A stretch of 50,082 nucleotides of DNA from a virus (lineage: Duplodnaviria > Heunggongvirae > Uroviricota > Caudoviricetes), in the IMG/VR virus record IMGVR_UViG_2703718827_000002, positions 1 to 50,082 of that record; one strand, 5' to 3'. Positions within the stretch are counted from its first letter, which is position 1. The number at the start of each line of letters is the position of its first letter. The notes below the pieces were generated by a model. It saw nothing but the letters and a program-made list of their open reading frames with translations, had not been told where the DNA came from and ran no database searches. Shown here piece after piece: positions 45,762 through 50,082 of the stretch. The position numbers were made by a program, and so were the translations under genes.

Positions 45762-47197
45762 CAGAAGCCCCCTTTCTTTTTCGGCTGCTGCTCGCGCCCG
45801 CGACGTTCTGCGGCGGCGGCCTGCTGGTCTGTGTCGTAAATTGCCCCGTTAATCTGATTGCAATAAACCGTTCCGGTACTGCCGTGGCGGTTGAGTCGCA
45901 GGATTAACTCGGTTTCGCCCGGCGGCACGCTGTCATCGAAAGCACCTTCCCGGTGGATACCAACCCAGTAGTCGCAGTCCTGCTCAATCTGTCCTGTGTC
46001 GCGGGAATCACTCGGCAACGGGCGTTTATTCACTCGCTTCTCCAGTTCGCGGTTGAGCTGAGTCAGCAGCACGACGACGCAGCCAAGCTCTTTGGCCAGG
46101 TTCTTCAACCCTTTGGTGATCATCCCGTAGGCCAGGTCATTACGGTCTGCTTTTTCGGCGGTCATCAGCGTCAGGTAGTCAACCAGAATCATGCCTACGC
46201 AGCCTTTCTCGCGCTTAATTCGACGGCATTCGGTAACGATATGCGCCAGTGACAGGCCAGGAGTGTCGTCGATGTACAGCATGTCGATTTCACTCAGCCG
46301 CCCGGCTGTTGCGATCGCCTTCTTAAAGTCGCCGTCGTAGTCGCCCTGATACTGGTCATCGGCATCATCCGTGGCGGGCATGTAAAAAATGCTCGGGTTA
46401 ATGCCCGACTTCTGACCAACCAGTTTTTCGAGGATCTGGTCGCCTGGCATTTCCAGGCTGAACATCAGCGCCGGCTTTTTCTCACGAACCGCGCAGTTGA
46501 TCGCCATCTGCCCGTACAGGGTTGTTTTGCCCATTTTTGGCCTTGCGCCAATTACGAACAGAGAGCCTTTAACCAGACCTTTCGGCGCCAGCAGCCGGTC
46601 GAGTGACGGGATACCGGTACTCATGCCGCGCTGTTCGCCTGAGGGGTCAAATCGTTTTTCCAGATCTGCTACCCAGTCATCCATAACCTCGCCGAACGAC
46701 CGCAACCCACGACGATTTCCGGTTTTTGAATGATCTGCGAGCTGGGTGAAGATACCCTGAATGGCCTCATACTTCTGCGTAGCGCTCATACCGTTGCGGG
46801 AATACAGCAGCTCAGTAGCTTCGGTCAGACGGTTGATACCGTAGCGCTCCATTGCGGCTTCCCGGACTGATTCTGCGTATGCCACGATGTTTGCTGCGCT
46901 TGGAGTGTTCTTGGCTATCTCCGCCAGGTAAGCAAAGCCACCTACCTGCTCCGCGAGCCCTTTTCCTTCAAGCGCGTCGAACAATGTCAGACCATCGACT
47001 GGCTTGTTGTCGCGGAACATCTGGCGCATCTCGGCAAAGATCAGCTGGTGAGGTCGGCTGTAGAACGACTCAGGCTTGAGCATCGCCAGAACCTTCTGGA
47101 CTCGCTCGCTGTTGTCATCATCCAGCAGCAGGCCACCGATAACGCTCTGCTCCGCTTCGAGGTTTTGTGGCACAGCCATGAATTCAGCGGTCATCAC
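45761..47197 (-). CDS. Replicative DNA helicase (DnaB family)
   Basis: N-terminal DnaB domain (NLEAEQSVIGGLLLD), Walker A GARPKMGKTT, 478 aa. Confidence 0.9.
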   Translation of the reverse strand: MMTAEFMAVPQNLEAEQSVIGGLLLDDDNSERVQKVLAMLKPESFYSRPHQLIFAEMRQMFRDNKPVDGLTLFDALEGKGLAEQVGGFAYLAEIAKNTPSAANIVAYAESVREAAMERYGINRLTEATELLYSRNGMSATQKYEAIQGIFTQLADHSKTGNRRGLRSFGEVMDDWVADLEKRFDPSGEQRGMSTGIPSLDRLLAPKGLVKGSLFVIGARPKMGKTTLYGQMAINCAVREKKPALMFSLEMPGDQILEKLVGQKSGINPSIFYMPATDDADDQYQGDYDGDFKKAIATAGRLSEIDMLYIDDTPGLSLAHIVTECRRIKREKGCVGMILVDYLTLMTAEKADRNDLAYGMITKGLKNLAKELGCVVVLLTQLNRELEKRVNKRPLPSDSRDTGQIEQDCDYWVGIHREGAFDDSVPPGETELILRLNRHGSTGTVYCNQINGAIYDTDQQAAAAERRGREQQPKKKGGF

Positions 47198-48083
47198 GAT
47201 CCCCCTCGCGCACTTCGATGTAGAGCTTTTCGGTCAGGAACTTATCGAATTTCATGCGGCGCCAGGTTTTCCCGGATTTCTGGTCTGGTCGGTCTTCAAG
47301 CATCCAGCGGCAGTTTTGAGCGATATATCGCAGATAGCTTCTGAAACCGTCCATATCCATCGGCTTGCCGTCCAGGTTGCGGGCAATCTTGTTAGCCTTA
47401 CCCCAGAAGGTGCGGATCAGATTGCGTCGCTCATCAGTGAGGCATCTCCATCCCCGGGCTTCAGGCAGTTCGTCTTTCAGGCATTGCCATACTTCATCGC
47501 ATGACAAACGGGACTTTTTCTCTTCAGCGGGGTTCTGGTCATTTGCGACATACTTACTACCTTTAGGTAGTAAGTTATTTAATATATTGTTATCTGTGGA
47601 CACCGGCTGGACATCGGCTGGACACACATCCTCCACAGGCATTGTTATTACTGCGTTTGCGCTGGACACTGGCTGGACATCGGCTGGACAAAAATTTGAC
47701 TGATATTCGTCATATTTGACCACTTTTAGAACAGTAAAACGGTTGTTCGATTTGGTGGTGATCATGCCCAGATTCTGGAATTTACGGAGCAGTGATTTAA
47801 CGCGATCAGCGGTCAAACCCGTTTCCATTGCCAGCGTGTTACGCCCGGTGATGAACTCGCCGCGCTCGCAGATCACATCGCCAACATCAGTCGATACCAG
47901 TGTCTGTTCGTGATTAGCGCGCAGGAGCAGGTGAACCCATAAATGAGCCGCCTCAGCGTCCTTGTAGAACGGCACATCCATAATTTTACGGTGCAGCAAG
48001 GCAAACCCCTTACCGTCATTCGTGCGCGGTTTCTGGAGCCTTCTGGCCTCTCTGGCTTCGGCTAAATTGGATACGTTACCCAC
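47184..48083 (-). CDS. Replication initiator (lambda O-like) with internal origin iterons
   Basis: N-terminal helix-turn-helix region, repeated CPADVQPVS peptide encoded by the iterons; GTG start with AAGGAG RBS. Confidence 0.7.
   Translation of the reverse strand: MGNVSNLAEAREARRLQKPRTNDGKGFALLHRKIMDVPFYKDAEAAHLWVHLLLRANHEQTLVSTDVGDVICERGEFITGRNTLAMETGLTADRVKSLLRKFQNLGMITTKSNNRFTVLKVVKYDEYQSNFCPADVQPVSSANAVITMPVEDVCPADVQPVSTDNNILNNLLPKGSKYVANDQNPAEEKKSRLSCDEVWQCLKDELPEARGWRCLTDERRNLIRTFWGKANKIARNLDGKPMDMDGFRSYLRYIAQNCRWMLEDRPDQKSGKTWRRMKFDKFLTEKLYIEVREGDRDDR
47551..47689. repeat. Origin of replication: TGGACA iterons at 11-bp phasing plus palindrome and AT-rich segment
   Basis: Six TGGACA cores in two clusters (47597-47623 and 47662-47689), perfect palindrome ACTTACTACC-TTT-GGTAGTAAGT at 47551-47574, AT-rich stretch 47575-47593. 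Confidence 0.7.
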
Positions 48084-48315
48084 GGCCACTCTCCTTACGT
48101 TTCAATTCTTCCAGGATGGCGCGCATCTTCTCTGCCACAATCGGGTTAACCGAGCGGATGAAGCGGTCGCGGGCTATGTTTTTATGTACAGCGGTATGGT
48201 AATAGCGTGGATTTTTTGCCATTATTCCTCCTGCAATGAGTGCACACGATTTGCATCTGAAGGCCAGTTCTGTTCGCGCAGACTGGCTTTCGCCATTTTT
48301 GATACTTCCCATCAC
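48076..48315 (-). CDS. Hypothetical protein (79 aa)
   Basis: ORF between the YdaT-like gene and the O-like gene. Confidence 0.45.
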   Translation of the reverse strand: MMGSIKNGESQSARTELAFRCKSCALIAGGIMAKNPRYYHTAVHKNIARDRFIRSVNPIVAEKMRAILEELKRKESGRG

Positions 48316-48854
48316 ATAACCCCCAGCATCGACGTGACCATCGTCATCAGTGGGCCTACCTGCTCCGGCATGAGGCGGAACAGCGAAGCTATACCCTCGC
48401 TTACCTCTTTCAGCTTCTGATGCTCTGGGGCGTCCAAAAGCACGGCCTGTTTAGCTTCAGCACACTCTTTCATCGCAGAAGCGATCAGCGACATCGTGTC
48501 GTTCTGCGGCGCCAGGCGGTTGCGGTACTCCAGCGGCAATACGGACATGATTGCGGGTGTCAGCTGGCGCACGTTCTCGCGGTACTGTTCGGAGTCGAAA
48601 CGGTTATCCAGGAAGCGGAACAGCTTCTGGCGCGCACGGCTGATGTCGTCAGGAAAGCTGATGGCGGTCCCGCCCTGCTCCCGGTATTCGTTGATGATCA
48701 GTGCCGAAACGACGTCCTGATTGTCCAGCGCCGAAGACCATGCCCGGACCGCATCGCGGATCTTTTCGTGGTCAGGCGCCGCCTTAGGTTGAGCGCGGTT
48801 TATCATCGCTCCCGGGTGTATTCCGGTATTGTGTTGATACGCAAGTGAATGCAT
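48312..48854 (-). CDS. YdaT-family protein (CII-position regulator)
   Basis: INEYREQGG and LTPAIMSVLPLEYRNRL resemble the recalled Rac YdaT; position downstream of the cro-like gene. Confidence 0.55.
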   Translation of the reverse strand: MHSLAYQHNTGIHPGAMINRAQPKAAPDHEKIRDAVRAWSSALDNQDVVSALIINEYREQGGTAISFPDDISRARQKLFRFLDNRFDSEQYRENVRQLTPAIMSVLPLEYRNRLAPQNDTMSLIASAMKECAEAKQAVLLDAPEHQKLKEVSEGIASLFRLMPEQVGPLMTMVTSMLGVM

Positions 48855-48871
48855 TGCTTTCCCTTTCGTGG

Positions 48872-49105
48872 TTAGGCCGCAGTATCACGCGGCGATGCGA
48901 ATACCAGGCTTTCTTTTAGGACCGGAGCCTGGCGGTGAAAATTCTTCGTGCCTTTCTCGATAGCAGATGCCATTTCTGGAGATGCCCGGCGATTTCCGTA
49001 GGCGATCTGGTCCAGGTAACCTGGCGTCGTGTTAGCCAACTTTGCGAGCTGCGCCCATTCGTCGGTAGTGGCGGCCTTGCGCCAGCGGTGTAGTTCAGTG
49101 CTCAT
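48872..49105 (-). CDS. Cro-like helix-turn-helix regulator (YdaS family)
   Basis: 77 aa, divergent from cI across the operator region. Confidence 0.65.
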   Translation of the reverse strand: MSTELHRWRKAATTDEWAQLAKLANTTPGYLDQIAYGNRRASPEMASAIEKGTKNFHRQAPVLKESLVFASPRDTAA

Positions 49106-49137
49106 TGGTGTCTCCGGGTGAGTCGTTTGATTTGGAG

Positions 49138-49204
49138 TTTAGCGTTATGCTAAATACTACGCAAGCATCATTTAGCAATTTGCACATTTATCATTTTGCT
49201 AAAA
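49138..49204. promoter_or_regulatory. OR-like operator region in the cI/cro divergent promoter
   Basis: Perfect 17-bp palindrome TTTAGCGTTATGCTAAA (49138-49154) plus two related imperfect sites (49171-49187, 49188-49204). Confidence 0.65.
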
Positions 49205-49221
49205 GCAGTAACAATGCAGGT

Positions 49222-49899
49222 ATGGAAAATAAAGAAATCAGAAAAGCCAACCTGGAAGCGCTGTACGAGAAGCGTCAGCACGAGTCTGGAATGACCAAAG
49301 CGCAGTTTGCCGAGCTCATCGAGACAAGTCCGGCTGCGCTTAGCCAGCTACTGGGACCAAACCCTCATCGCAATATCGGCGATAAGATGGCTCGCAAAAT
49401 TGAAACTGCGCTTGATCTGCCTTTTGGCTGGATGGATGTTTTACACGCCAGTGAAGAACCTTCGAACGTTGCATTTCGAGGACTGAACGAGACAAAAGGA
49501 AGTTATCCTGTAATCAGCTGGGTAAGCGCGGGGCAATGGATGGAAGCTGTAGAACCTTATCACCGAAGAGCGATAGATCGCTGGTATGACACGACTGTTG
49601 ACTGCTCAGAAGATTCATTCTGGCTGGACGTTAAAGGGGATTCTATGACCTCCCCGGCTGGACTGAGCATACCCGAGGGAGCAGCGATACTTGTTGATCC
49701 TGAAGTCGAGCCGCGCAACGGAAAGCTGGTTGTCGCGAAGCTAGAAGGCGATAACGAAGCGACCTTTAAGAAGCTTGTAATCGATGCCGGCAGACGCTTC
49801 CTAAAGCCCCTTAACCCCGCATATCCAATGCTAGAAATTAATGGAAACTGCAAAATCATCGGCGTTGTGGTTGATGCCAAAATACTAAACATCCCATAA
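49222..49899 (+). CDS. CI-type repressor with LexA-like S24 peptidase domain
   Basis: N-terminal HTH, C-terminal GDSM...KLV autocleavage signature; ATG at 49222 downstream of the operators (track start 49105). Confidence 0.85.
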   Translation: MENKEIRKANLEALYEKRQHESGMTKAQFAELIETSPAALSQLLGPNPHRNIGDKMARKIETALDLPFGWMDVLHASEEPSNVAFRGLNETKGSYPVISWVSAGQWMEAVEPYHRRAIDRWYDTTVDCSEDSFWLDVKGDSMTSPAGLSIPEGAAILVDPEVEPRNGKLVVAKLEGDNEATFKKLVIDAGRRFLKPLNPAYPMLEINGNCKIIGVVVDAKILNIP

Positions 49900-49919
49900 C
49901 CTCACGCAAAACCCCTCAA

Positions 49920-49946
49920 GCCCGCCATCGCGCGGGCTTTTTTACG
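49920..49946 (+). terminator. Rho-independent terminator after cI
   Basis: GCCCGC-catc-GCGGGC followed by TTTTTT. Confidence 0.7.
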
Positions 49947-49991
49947 TCCCGAATTCCTTCGCTGTAAATTTTTAATCGCTTATTAATCAAT

Positions 49992-50057
49992 ACGCTAAAT
50001 AAAACCATTCAACAATTTAGCATTTTGCTATTGCGCATAATTTAGCATCACGCTAAA
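49992..50057. promoter_or_regulatory. OL-like operator region
   Basis: Perfect palindrome TTTAGCATCACGCTAAA (50041-50057), related site at 50016-50032, half-site ACGCTAAA at 49992-49999. Confidence 0.6.
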
Positions 50058-50082
50058 TTCACCCCATCGAAACGAAACATCG

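Larger units (their letters stand above)
11518..50082. mobile_element. Lambdoid prophage arm B (att-proximal morons, tail, head, packaging, lysis, Q, nin, replication, immunity; partial, continues beyond window end)
   Basis: Canonical late-operon gene order on the - strand plus cI on the + strand with flanking operators; left boundary at the truncated yecE. Confidence 0.85.

Noticed and set aside
1-50082. CRISPR array
   Set aside because: No regularly spaced direct repeats with unique spacers; the repeats found are iterons, operators, terminators and helically phased binding sites.

Overview
This window is mostly temperate-phage DNA of lambdoid type from an Escherichia-like enterobacterium, interrupted by about 2 kb of core chromosome (yciA, tonB, yciI). 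Coordinates 1-8352 carry an early-left recombination module on the + strand (Gam-like, Bet, Exo, HNH endonuclease, TraR/DksA zinc finger, ASCH protein, AlpA-like excisionase) ending in a divergent tyrosine integrase next to yciA. After yciI come an orphan Hin/Pin-type DNA invertase and 3'/5' fragments of yecD and yecE; yecE is a known prophage integration site. From about 11.5 kb to the window end lies a near-complete prophage arm in reverse orientation: HumD-like UmuD' homolog, tailspike, J-like fibre, tape measure, major tail, head genes, terminase, lysis cassette, a tRNA-Thr, Q antiterminator, nin genes, DnaB-type helicase, O-like initiator with internal iterons, and a YdaT/YdaS/cI immunity region with operators. 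The best candidates for an undescribed system are accessory insertions (morons) inside the late operon: (1) a Panacea (DUF4065) gene translationally coupled to an unrecognised 150-aa gene, with its own AT-rich promoter region and terminator, part of a four-gene island between the tail chaperone and tape measure; (2) a single-gene insertion between lysis cassette and terminase with an R-x4-H (HEPN-like) motif; (3) a membrane-anchored protein inserted in the head module. All calls rest on reading the sequence and recalled family signatures; no database search was run, and gene starts were adjusted by eye from the ORF track.
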